Of a stretch of DNA of 64,000 nt, positions 36,830-46,379 are shown piece by piece. The notes beneath the pieces are model-generated. The model saw only the letters and a list, made by a program, of their open reading frames with translations, was not told where the DNA came from and made no database searches. This DNA comes from an uncultured Parabacteroides sp. Lineage in GTDB: Bacteria; Bacteroidota; Bacteroidia; Bacteroidales; Tannerellaceae. A program made the position numbers and the translations under genes. Where the stretch lies: NCBI RefSeq assembly GCF_905196875.1, contig NZ_CAJJWO010000003.1, positions 12,382 to 76,381 of the forward strand, written 5' to 3'. Position 1 is the first letter of the stretch. Each line of letters opens with the position of its first letter.

Positions 36830-39800
36830 TTAGAATGAAACATTTACTCCGCATGAAAGTGTTCTTGAAAGCGGGTAGATCTTACCGTTACCCATTGCTC
36901 CGCCTACTGCTTCGGGATCGAATACGCCGAAGATGGAAGAGATAGTGAACAGGTTATCACCGGAGAAGAATACGCGTACTTTGTTCAATCCGATCTTGTT
37001 AACCAGGTAAGTAGGTACGGTGTAACCGACCTGAAGGTTCTTCAGACGCAGGTAAGCAGCACTTTGCAGATAGCCTGTCTGTGACAGTTGGTTCTTGTCG
37101 GCATTGCTGTCGAAATAAGGCTTCGGGAAGTAGGAGTTTAGATTCTCTCCCATCTCGTCGCCTGCCGGGCGGAAGTAGTCGAAATGTTCCTTATATCCGA
37201 TAGATTGCCAGATACCTCCGGTGGCTCCCCAGAAGAAGTTACCGGTCAACCAGATATCGCGTTTGCAAACGCCCTGGAAGAAAGCACGGAAGTCGAAACC
37301 GTTCCAGTCTGCTCCCAAGGTGATACCGACCTGGTAGCGTGGCGTTTCGTTACCGATGATCTTACGGTCGCCCGGATCGCCTACGGTGTTTGATCCCGGA
37401 GATACTTTACCGTCGCCGTCCAGATCTTTATACATGATATCGCCTGCGCCCCATTTGCTTCCGAGCTGTGACTGGTCGGTAGTGGCCAGGTGAGCCTGCA
37501 TTTCTTCATCGGTCTTTGCGATACCGATCGTTTCGTATCCCCAGATATCACCCATATATCTTCCTGCATAGGGAACGTATTCCATGACTCCGTCCGAGTT
37601 TTTACGGTCGATGATCTGTGTTTCATTCGGGTATTTGTTAATCTTGCTTTTGGCGTCGGCCAGGGTAAAGCCGATGGTATATCCTACTTTACCGATGCGG
37701 TCGTTCCAGTTAAGGGCCAGTTCCCATCCCTGGGTTGTCATGGCTGCGTTGTTGATACGCGGCAGCTTGTCGTTGTCGATACCGATGATCGGCGACTTTT
37801 CTTCCGGCGGTCCCACCATATCATCCGTTTTACGTTTGAACCATTCGACAGAACCCGACAGGCGGTTGCTGAAGGCACCGAAGTCGATACCGACATTGGT
37901 TGTCGTGATCTTTTCCCATGTCATCAAGTCGCTGACCATTAACGGTGCAGTTGCAGTTGTCGGCATCTGTCCGGCGATCAGCCATTTACCGTCTTTCAGT
38001 CCCAGTGGCTGGGCTGGATAGAAGGGATAGAATTCCTTTGTATTCTGGTTACCCAGTTTACCCCATGAGAAACGCGGTTTCAAAGTTCCTACATATTCAG
38101 AGAACGGTTCCCAGAAAGCTTCGCGTGCTACATTGTAACCTAATGAGAAAGAAGTGAAGACATTCCAGCGTTTGTCCCCCAGGAAGCGGGAAGAACCGTC
38201 GTAACGCAAATTGACTTCTGCCAGGAACCGTCCGTCATAGTCGTAGTTCAAACGTCCGAAGAAACCGGCCGTAGCCCATTCTTTCTTGTTGGCTGCCGTG
38301 TAGTCTTTACCCATGCTGGCGTCGATACTCGGCACTTCGTCACTGATCACATCGTCACGTCTGGCATATACATAGTTTTGTTTGTACAGCTCTGTATTGA
38401 AACCGACCATTACTTTAAAGTTGTTCTTCTGTATAGATTTGAAGTAATCGGTATACAGACTGGTGGTCAGCAGGTTGTTGTCCTGTGCCGAGGACCAGGC
38501 ATAAGTGGCGCCTGGTCCGTACGAACCGGCAAATGCCAGGGCGACAGGCTCGTTCTTTGAGTTGTATTCATAAATTTTAGCCAGGTTTTCGTCTTTGTTT
38601 ACATGTTCTGCCTTCAGGCTTACATCCCCGCGGATATTCCAGTCTTTGATTGGAGTGATGGTGAAGTTTGCCTGTGTATAGATAATGTCTTTTCTACGTT
38701 TGTAACGTCCGCCGTCTTCGATCTGGATGATCTTGGAGTTACGCATGTAATGGCCGTTCGGGTCCTGGAAAGGCATGGTCGGCCAGGTGCGTGAGATATC
38801 ATGGTAATACAAACCGACAGAGATACCGTTGACGGTATTGTCCGGATCGTCGTTTGCATAAGTCGGACGATCCAGTTCCTCGCGGATAAAGCGGGTACTG
38901 ATACCTATCTGCAACCAGTCGTTTACATGTGAGTTGATCTTGGCGGAGGCATTCATACGTTTGAAGCTATCATCTCCGTAACGCATATTACCGCCCTGAT
39001 CCATGAAAGCGCCCGACATGAAATAGGTAAGCTTTTCCGTACCGCCGCTTACATTTACATTATGTTCCTGTGTGAAAGCTGTCTTGAAATGGTTGCGTGC
39101 CCAGTTCTGATTGTCGTTAGCTTTCTGGTGGAATTCGTACATGCCGTTACCCGGGTTAGGGACGGTTGTCGTTGTGATCTCTCCGCGTTGGTAAGCCAGA
39201 ATCCTTCCGATCGTTTCGTCATCGAACGGAACATTCTGTCCGCTGTTGAGTGCAGCTGCGTTGAAGAACTTGGCGAATGTATAGGAATCCATCATGTCCG
39301 GCAGATTAGTTGCCGCCGACCAACGGAAGCTATTGCTATAATTCACTTGTGCCTTTCCGCTCTTTCCGCTTTTGGTGGTGATAAGGATTACACCGAAAGG
39401 TGCACGTGAACCGTAAATACTGGAAGCAGCAGCATCTTTTAATACGGAGATACTTTCGATATCATCCGGATTCAATGCGTTCATATCGCCTTCGATACCG
39501 TCGATCAGGATCAGCGGCGAATCGGTCGAACCTTCGCCGATCGTACCTGTACCACGGATATTCACTTTCAGTGCATTACCCAATGATCCTCCCTGGTTGT
39601 TGAGGGACATGTTCAAACCGGGTACAACCCCCTGTAAAGCTTGTCCTACCTGTGCTACCGGACGTGAGGCAAGTGTCTTGTTGTCGACAGTCGATACGGC
39701 ACCGGTCAGGTTTACTTTCTTTTGGGAACCGAAACCTACTACAACGACTTCGTCCAGCGCCTGGGTGTCTTCTCCCAGTTGGATGGTCAGGACGGTTTGA

Positions 39801-40063
39801 TTTCCGTCCAGCTTGATTGTTTGTGTCTGGTAACCGATGTAAGAAATGTTTAATACATTGCCTTTGGAGGCGTTGATTGAAAACTTACCGTCGATATCAG
39901 TGACGGTTCCGTTCGTGGTTCCTTCTACCAGTACGGAAGCTCCGATAACGGGGTCGCCGAGGCTCTTGTCGATAACAGTACCAGTGATGGTCAACTGCTG
40001 TGCGTATATATATGATATACCGGTTAACAGCAGCATGATTAATAATGTGACTCTCTTCTTCAT
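36830..40063 (-). CDS. SusC/RagA-family TonB-dependent transporter
   Basis: KVNLTGAV, VLKDAAASSIYGSRAPFGVILITTK, RYDGSSRF, C-terminal Phe. Confidence 0.95.
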   Translation of the reverse strand: MKKRVTLLIMLLLTGISYIYAQQLTITGTVIDKSLGDPVIGASVLVEGTTNGTVTDIDGKFSINASKGNVLNISYIGYQTQTIKLDGNQTVLTIQLGEDTQALDEVVVVGFGSQKKVNLTGAVSTVDNKTLASRPVAQVGQALQGVVPGLNMSLNNQGGSLGNALKVNIRGTGTIGEGSTDSPLILIDGIEGDMNALNPDDIESISVLKDAAASSIYGSRAPFGVILITTKSGKSGKAQVNYSNSFRWSAATNLPDMMDSYTFAKFFNAAALNSGQNVPFDDETIGRILAYQRGEITTTTVPNPGNGMYEFHQKANDNQNWARNHFKTAFTQEHNVNVSGGTEKLTYFMSGAFMDQGGNMRYGDDSFKRMNASAKINSHVNDWLQIGISTRFIREELDRPTYANDDPDNTVNGISVGLYYHDISRTWPTMPFQDPNGHYMRNSKIIQIEDGGRYKRRKDIIYTQANFTITPIKDWNIRGDVSLKAEHVNKDENLAKIYEYNSKNEPVALAFAGSYGPGATYAWSSAQDNNLLTTSLYTDYFKSIQKNNFKVMVGFNTELYKQNYVYARRDDVISDEVPSIDASMGKDYTAANKKEWATAGFFGRLNYDYDGRFLAEVNLRYDGSSRFLGDKRWNVFTSFSLGYNVAREAFWEPFSEYVGTLKPRFSWGKLGNQNTKEFYPFYPAQPLGLKDGKWLIAGQMPTTATAPLMVSDLMTWEKITTTNVGIDFGAFSNRLSGSVEWFKRKTDDMVGPPEEKSPIIGIDNDKLPRINNAAMTTQGWELALNWNDRIGKVGYTIGFTLADAKSKINKYPNETQIIDRKNSDGVMEYVPYAGRYMGDIWGYETIGIAKTDEEMQAHLATTDQSQLGSKWGAGDIMYKDLDGDGKVSPGSNTVGDPGDRKIIGNETPRYQVGITLGADWNGFDFRAFFQGVCKRDIWLTGNFFWGATGGIWQSIGYKEHFDYFRPAGDEMGENLNSYFPKPYFDSNADKNQLSQTGYLQSAAYLRLKNLQVGYTVPTYLVNKIGLNKVRVFFSGDNLFTISSIFGVFDPEAVGGAMGNGKIYPLSRTLSCGVNVSF

Positions 40064-40112
40064 TCTCTTTTAGTTTAAGGTGTAAATACTAAAATTTTTA
40101 AATGTTTGTAAG

Positions 40113-40178
40113 CAAAAGTATGTGGTATGCATGGAAGGGATAACAGGTGTTTTCTTCATTAACAACGGGCGTTTTCTT
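40113..40178 (-). promoter_or_regulatory. susC promoter (-7) with upstream direct repeat, candidate HTCS site
   Basis: TACTTTTG (minus, 40113-40120); AACAGGTGTTTTCTT at 40142 and AACGGGCGTTTTCTT at 40164, 22-nt period. Confidence 0.6.
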
Positions 40179-40356
40179 TATTCTGTGGATTGTATATCAG
40201 TGTAGTGGGTATTTTATTCATAAATAGTGGGTGTTTTGTTCATACTTTGTTTTGCAGACTTTTTATTTTGTTTGCGTTGGTGTGTTCTTCCTCTTTTTTT
40301 GTTTCTTTGTAATAATGTTCTTTGTGTTTACATACTGGACTTTGTTAAGGAGGAAT

Positions 40357-43300
40357 ATGAGGAGATCTTTATTTATATTATTATTTATTTTTTGCTACCT
40401 GTCGGGATATAGTTTTTTTGAAAAGGATATCCGTATACTTACTATGCAGAACGGGCTGGCCGACAATACTGTTTCCTGTATCCATAAAGATAAAGATGGA
40501 TTTATGTGGTTTGGTACGGATAACGGGTTAAGCCGCTATGATGGAAAGAATATCAGGAATTTCGGTTTGGATGAACTGTATATGAAAGTAAGCCATATCC
40601 GTGAAACGGAGAATAACCAACTCTGGCTGGTAGCCAACGGACAGATTTATTGCTTTGATCGGCGGATGGAGCAATATATTCCTGTCAGCCTGAACGAAAA
40701 ATGTACCGGAGTTCAGGACATACTATTGCAAAAAAACAATTCTTTATGGGTCATATCAGATGAAACTCTTTATCTTATTTCCATTGATTACAGGAAGGAT
40801 ACGGATGAAAATATAACCAGGGTTGATCTTCGGGTAGAAATGGAGTTTACCGATTTGATCGGAAGTGGCACTAATTATACTGCGATGTGCCAGTCTCCGG
40901 AAGGTCTGATTTATATCGCAACAGACTGGGGAAATATAGTGACGTTCGACCCGGTCTCCTACCATGTGATAGATAAAGGTGATTTGCCGAAGGTTAATAA
41001 GGTGCATGTCCACAGGCTTTTATATGCAGACGGATATGTCTGGCTTTCAACCTGGGCTAACGGGGCGATCCGTTATAATCCGGAATCGGGAGTTTACGAT
41101 CAATATACCTATAAGCCCGAAGATAAAGACAAGACATTGTCCCATTGGGATGTCTATCAAATGGTTCCTATGGGAAACGGTCGTTTATTGGCTGCCACCT
41201 GGAATGGATATACGATCCTTGTTCCTGAAAAAGAAGATTCTACACAGTATACAACAGAAGTGTATAACAATACGGCTTCACAGTTACACCGCAATCTGGA
41301 AACCCGTATGATCTCCGCGTATTATGATCCGGAAGGGATCATGTGGATCGGGACACAAGGAGGAGGTGTGTATGCTTCTGATCTGCGAAAACAGTTCTAT
41401 CGACGTTTTCATCAGGAAACACATAACGAAATATGCGGGATGGCAACAGATAAAAAGGATCGTATTTGGCTGGCTTCTTTCCATAAAGGAATATTGAAGA
41501 GCACGGAAGCATTCGATCCTCAGGGAAGACTTTCTTTTGAGCCAGTCTCTGTCGGAACAGGAAATACCGTATTGTGTGTAGCGACCGATAGGGACGGTGA
41601 TCTGTGGTTTGGTAATAATCAGTCCGAACTGATCTGGTATAATTCGGATAATGAGTCTTTTACGGTTTATCCTATCCGTATTCCCGGAAAGCCGGGCTGG
41701 ACAGGCAGTGTCTGGTATATATTATGTGATGGAGAGGATCGGTTATGGTTGGGAACAACAAATGGTTTACTTCTTTTTAATCCTGTGACCAAACTTTTTT
41801 CTTATTATCCTGTATCTCCGGGTACAATCCGGGTTATCGCAGAAGTTCCCGGTGAATGTTTATGGTTGGGTACGACTGACGGTTTGAAAAAGTTTATTTT
41901 TCAAAATGAGATGCTACGTTCCGGTTTTGAACAAGATGCTAATATTCCGGCGAAGGATGCCCGTTCTCTTTTCGCTTCGACAGATGGGAATTTGTATATA
42001 GGTTATGCGGATGGCTTCGGTGTCATGGAGATCGGAACCGACTCGATCGGGAGTTTCTATACGACGCATAACGGATTAAGTAATAACTTTATCGGTTGTA
42101 TCAGTGAAGATTCACAAGGTCATTTATGGATCGGTTCCAATTCAAGTATCTGCCGGTACAGTAAACATCAGAAGTTGTTTTATAACTATTATATCTCAGG
42201 CAATAACCGATCTGTATTACATTATAAGGATTTTCTGTTTTGGGGAAATAACAAGAATATAACCTATTTTCTGCCGGAAGAGGTTATGAACGATCAACCT
42301 GAACAGAATAAAGTAGTTATCACTCAATTGGATGTCGATAACAAACCGGTTCTGATCGGACAAAAAATAAATGACCAGGTTATTCTGCAGGAAGGGATTC
42401 CTTACACGAACGAACTGACACTGAATGCTTCCAACAATAATTTCTCTTTGATGTTCAGTAACCTGACGTATTCGGAAGAGTTACAAAAATACAGCTACCG
42501 GCTTGCTCCCGGTCAGTCCGAATGGTTGGTAGCCGGTGAGGGCGAACGGATTTCTTATGCTAACTTGCCTGCCGGAGAATATCTTTTCGAGGTAAGGAGT
42601 ATTTCCCCTGACGGTTCGAACGGAGATACTACTTCGCTGACAATAAATATTCTGCCTTATTGGTATGAAACGATCTGGTTCCGTTTACTGGTATTTGCTT
42701 TTGCTGTCTTTATTGTATATTACCTGATGCGCCGTGTCAAGAAGGAACAAATCCGACTAACTCAGGAAGAACGCCTGAAACATGAGCTCTTTGTTTCTAA
42801 TCTGGAACGTGAGAAAGAGAAACAAATCAACCGTGAGCGGGAAAATTTCTTTACGAACGTATCGCACGAATTACGCACACCGTTAACGTTGATTCTTTCT
42901 CCTTTGCAGGAGTTGTTGCAGACCGAGCGTTTGTCTCAGACTTTACAGAACAAGCTGTCTCTGGTGTACAATAATGCCACTTCATTATCTACCCTGGTGA
43001 ACCAACTATTGTATGTCCAGAAGATAGAGGCCGGCATGGTTCAGCTTCATTTGTCGAAAGTAGATATTGTAGCGCTCGTGAGGAAGGTGATGGCCTCCTT
43101 CCTGCAGATGGCAGAGATAAAAAGTACTGAGTATGTCCTGGACTCTGGTATCTCTTCTCTTACGCTTTGGATAGATGCCGGGAAGATAGAGTCGGCATTA
43201 AAGAATTTACTGTCGAATGCATTTAAGTATACTCTAAACGATGGAATAATAAGGGTTTCGCTGGAGGAGAAGGAGGTCGACGGGAAAATGTTCTGCTTGC

Positions 43301-44385
43301 TTTCCGTCTTGGATAATGGTCCCGGTATAGCGGAAGATTTGCAGGAACGTATCTTCGATTCGTTTATTACAGGTAAAAATGATCCCTCATTTTCTACCCG
43401 GATGGGGATCGGTTTACGTATTGTAAAAAATACGATGGATCTTCATCATGGGCAGGTATTATTAGATAGTTCTCCGGGGAAAGGTTCGAGATTTACGCTT
43501 TACCTGCCGCTGGGTAAAGAACATTTCAGAGAGGACGAATATGAGTGGATTGAAGATATCCGGAAAACAAAAGAAGAAGAGCTTTTCTATACAACGCAGA
43601 AAGAAGAAAAAGATACAAAAGTTACTTCAGGAAAGAAGCTGTTGATCATAGAAGATAACGATGAGATCAGAAGTTATATTTATTCTTTGTTCTGTAAAGA
43701 TTACCAGGTATTGGAAGCCCATGATGGAGAAGAAGGAATAAAAATTGCTACCGAAGAGATTCCGGACCTGATCATTTCAGATATTATGATGCCTGTAAAA
43801 GACGGCTTTGCCTGCATACAGGAGATCAGGCTGCAGTTGGCGACAGCTCATATCCCGGTCATCATGCTTACGGCAAAGGCGGAAGAAGAAGATTTACTGA
43901 AGAGTACCCGGATTGGTGTGGACGATTATATCATGAAACCTTTCAACCCCGAAGTCCTCAAAGCGAAAGTGGAGAACCTGATCCGTCTGCGCGAGCAACT
44001 GAAGCGTATTTATACAAAGACATTGATGTTGAAACATACGGAGGAGAGACCTGACGATGAAGAGGCCGCCGATCCTTTCATGCAACAGGTGATCGGTATT
44101 GTAGAAGCCAATCTGACTAATCCCGACTTTAGTGCAAAGAGCCTGGCAAGCCTCCTGAACCTCAGCCAACCGACTTTATACAGGAAGATGAAGCAGCAAA
44201 GCAATTTGTCTATTATCGAAGTAATCCGAAGCATACGAATCAGTAAAGCCTCCTCACTGATCATGCAGAAGAAATACTCCGTCCAGGAGGTTGCCGAAAT
44301 GGTGGGCTATAATGATATAACGACCTTCCGTAAACATTTTACAAAGCAGTTTGGGGTGTCGCCGTCGCGGTATAATGCGTTATAG
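40357..44385 (+). CDS. Hybrid two-component system sensor/regulator
   Basis: Beta-propeller repeats (GFMWFGTDNGL), Y_Y_Y, TM, SHELRTPL, NLLSNAFKY, receiver ISDIMMP, AraC HTH. ATG at 40357 preferred. Confidence 0.95.
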   Translation: MRRSLFILLFIFCYLSGYSFFEKDIRILTMQNGLADNTVSCIHKDKDGFMWFGTDNGLSRYDGKNIRNFGLDELYMKVSHIRETENNQLWLVANGQIYCFDRRMEQYIPVSLNEKCTGVQDILLQKNNSLWVISDETLYLISIDYRKDTDENITRVDLRVEMEFTDLIGSGTNYTAMCQSPEGLIYIATDWGNIVTFDPVSYHVIDKGDLPKVNKVHVHRLLYADGYVWLSTWANGAIRYNPESGVYDQYTYKPEDKDKTLSHWDVYQMVPMGNGRLLAATWNGYTILVPEKEDSTQYTTEVYNNTASQLHRNLETRMISAYYDPEGIMWIGTQGGGVYASDLRKQFYRRFHQETHNEICGMATDKKDRIWLASFHKGILKSTEAFDPQGRLSFEPVSVGTGNTVLCVATDRDGDLWFGNNQSELIWYNSDNESFTVYPIRIPGKPGWTGSVWYILCDGEDRLWLGTTNGLLLFNPVTKLFSYYPVSPGTIRVIAEVPGECLWLGTTDGLKKFIFQNEMLRSGFEQDANIPAKDARSLFASTDGNLYIGYADGFGVMEIGTDSIGSFYTTHNGLSNNFIGCISEDSQGHLWIGSNSSICRYSKHQKLFYNYYISGNNRSVLHYKDFLFWGNNKNITYFLPEEVMNDQPEQNKVVITQLDVDNKPVLIGQKINDQVILQEGIPYTNELTLNASNNNFSLMFSNLTYSEELQKYSYRLAPGQSEWLVAGEGERISYANLPAGEYLFEVRSISPDGSNGDTTSLTINILPYWYETIWFRLLVFAFAVFIVYYLMRRVKKEQIRLTQEERLKHELFVSNLEREKEKQINRERENFFTNVSHELRTPLTLILSPLQELLQTERLSQTLQNKLSLVYNNATSLSTLVNQLLYVQKIEAGMVQLHLSKVDIVALVRKVMASFLQMAEIKSTEYVLDSGISSLTLWIDAGKIESALKNLLSNAFKYTLNDGIIRVSLEEKEVDGKMFCLLSVLDNGPGIAEDLQERIFDSFITGKNDPSFSTRMGIGLRIVKNTMDLHHGQVLLDSSPGKGSRFTLYLPLGKEHFREDEYEWIEDIRKTKEEELFYTTQKEEKDTKVTSGKKLLIIEDNDEIRSYIYSLFCKDYQVLEAHDGEEGIKIATEEIPDLIISDIMMPVKDGFACIQEIRLQLATAHIPVIMLTAKAEEEDLLKSTRIGVDDYIMKPFNPEVLKAKVENLIRLREQLKRIYTKTLMLKHTEERPDDEEAADPFMQQVIGIVEANLTNPDFSAKSLASLLNLSQPTLYRKMKQQSNLSIIEVIRSIRISKASSLIMQKKYSVQEVAEMVGYNDITTFRKHFTKQFGVSPSRYNAL

Positions 44386-44460
44386 TCTCCATTACCTTTG
44401 AAATATAGCGGATTACCCGGTGGATGTTGCTGTTTACCCAGAATGTACTGCAGCTAGTAG

Positions 44461-44560
44461 CCGTTTTTCTTTTCATACCACAACTGTAGTATGAAAGAAA
44501 CTCATCTGTGGAACAAACGGAATCCAACTGTGGTATGAACGGAATACAGCTCTGGTAGGT
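44461..44560. repeat. 22-nt-period degenerate tandem repeat with an inverted copy
   Basis: CAACTGTAGTATGAAAGAAACT / CATCTGTGGAACAAACGGAATC / CAACTGTGGTATGAACGGAATA, preceded by the inverted TTTCTTTTCATACCACA. Confidence 0.7.
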
Positions 44561-44678
44561 ATTAGGTGTTCAGAATGACATCGGATTTTATAATAAATGT
44601 TGTTACTGGAAGAATAAAAGATTACATTTGCATAATGTTGATAGATGAAAAAGATCTTTCAGGAGGTTTGATTGGGAT

Positions 44679-45227
44679 ATGGGTAATATAAGTTTCAGTG
44701 ATATATATACCAGTTATTACAAACGATCGTTTTTGTTTGTGAAGTCCTATGTCAGAGATGATATGGTGGCGGAAGATATCGTATCCGAAGCTTTAATTAA
44801 TTTATGGGAGACGAGCAAAAAGGAGGAGGTGGAACACCCTTTGTCTCTTCTGTTGGTGATGCTTAAAAATGGAGCATTAAACCATCTAAAACATTTGGAC
44901 ATAAGAAAAACAGCCTCTGAGTCAATATCTTCTAAAATGGATCGTGATTTGAATTACCGCATATCTACATTACAGGTATGCGATCCGGAAGAGATATTTT
45001 CTTTTGAAATCACTCGAATAGTAGAGGAGACCTTACAATCATTACCCGAACAAACGCGCCGCGTCTTTGAAATGAGTCGATATGAATGTCGTTCGGTAAA
45101 GGAAATAGCAGAAGAACTTTCCATAAGCTCTAAAAGCGTGGAATATCATATAACTAAATCATTAAAAATTTTACGAATAGCCTTAAAAGAATATCTTCCA
45201 TTTTTTTATTTCCTGTTTGTTTCCTAA
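44679..45227 (+). CDS. ECF RNA polymerase sigma-70 factor (Bacteroides expansion family)
   Basis: AEDIVSEALINLWE, LPEQTRRVFEMSR, KEIAEELSISSKSVEYHI; TACATTTG -7 element at 44623-44630. Confidence 0.93.
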   Translation: MGNISFSDIYTSYYKRSFLFVKSYVRDDMVAEDIVSEALINLWETSKKEEVEHPLSLLLVMLKNGALNHLKHLDIRKTASESISSKMDRDLNYRISTLQVCDPEEIFSFEITRIVEETLQSLPEQTRRVFEMSRYECRSVKEIAEELSISSKSVEYHITKSLKILRIALKEYLPFFYFLFVS

Positions 45228-45299
45228 AATAATTTCAAATCTGTTTAGGGATTTTTGTCTGTGTGTTGTCTATATTATTAGAAACGATAAAATAGAGAA

Positions 45300-46241
45300 A
45301 TGGATAAGGATCTATTGCAAAGATATGTAGAAGGCAACGTTACACCAGAGGAAGTGGAAACGGTTGTTGATTGGCTGGATGTCGATAATGATAATGTCAA
45401 GGAATATATGTCTTTACATAAATTATATGATATTTCGGTTCTGAATCAATCTGCACAGCAACAAGAGAAAGTGAAAAAGTTACGTCCTTTTGTATTCCGT
45501 CGTATTATAATGGAAATCGGAAAAGTAGCCGCTGTTGCTTTGTTTATAGTGGGGATCGAATTTTTATTGAACAAGGAAGAGCATAAAAAGGAGCCCTCTT
45601 TATTTCAGACGTTATATGTCCCTTCTGGTCAACGGGCAGAACTGATTCTTCCGGATAGCACGAGAGTTTGGGTAAACGCACAGTCCCGAATAGTATATCC
45701 GGTTACTTTTCAAAAAAATTATCGGCAGGTTGAGCTGGAGGGAGAAGCTTATTTTGATGTAAAACATAATGAAGCATCTCCTTTTATAGTAAAAACAGAG
45801 AAAGTGGATATAAAGGTTTTAGGCACCGAGTTTAATGTAACAGCCTATTCAAAAAATCCGGAACTTAAGATCGCATTGCTGAAAGGGCGTGTAGAGCTTG
45901 AATCACTGGAGTCTTCTTTAAAATATATGATGAAACCAGGTGAACAAATTCGATTTAAAGAAGGTAAATATATATCTTCCGATATAAATAATATGGATCA
46001 TTTTAAATGGAAAGAAGGTCTTTTATGCTTTAATAATCAGCCTATATCAGAAATAATGGAAGAGTTGTGTCTGTATTACGATATTCATATAGATGTAGCT
46101 GATCTTCCATTCCTGAAAGAACGATACTCAGGGAAATTCCGTGTGAAAGATGGTGTTGAACATGTTTTAAAGGTATTACAATTGGAACATAGATTTATCT
46201 ATGTGAAAGATAACGAATTAAATCAAATAACTATAAAATGA
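45300..46241 (+). CDS. FecR-family anti-sigma factor
   Basis: One TM, then LPDSTRVWVN, RQVELEGEAYFDV, VLGTEFNV, WKEG. Confidence 0.93.
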   Translation: MDKDLLQRYVEGNVTPEEVETVVDWLDVDNDNVKEYMSLHKLYDISVLNQSAQQQEKVKKLRPFVFRRIIMEIGKVAAVALFIVGIEFLLNKEEHKKEPSLFQTLYVPSGQRAELILPDSTRVWVNAQSRIVYPVTFQKNYRQVELEGEAYFDVKHNEASPFIVKTEKVDIKVLGTEFNVTAYSKNPELKIALLKGRVELESLESSLKYMMKPGEQIRFKEGKYISSDINNMDHFKWKEGLLCFNNQPISEIMEELCLYYDIHIDVADLPFLKERYSGKFRVKDGVEHVLKVLQLEHRFIYVKDNELNQITIK

Positions 46242-46272
46242 ATAGCCTATGATAAAGTAGCAGAAAGTATAA

Positions 46273-46368
46273 TAAAGAAAAGCTGGATTATGCGTCAACA
46301 TAATCCAGCATAAAATGTCAGCACGCTGACAACCTTGGAATAATTAAATCAAGTACTAACATTTCAGT
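46273..46368 (-). ncRNA. Predicted cis-encoded antisense sRNA to the susC leader (ends approximate)
   Basis: Minus-strand -7 element TAACTTTG at 46373-46380 overlapping the susC ATG; minus-strand terminator GCTGGATTATG-N6-CATAATCCAGC followed by TTTTCTTT. Confidence 0.6.
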
Positions 46369-46379
46369 AATACAAAGTT

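Noticed and set aside
40231..40356. N-terminal extension of the HTCS in the ORF track
   Set aside because: T-rich promoter DNA read from a non-ATG start; the ATG at 40357 gives a normal signal-like N-terminus.
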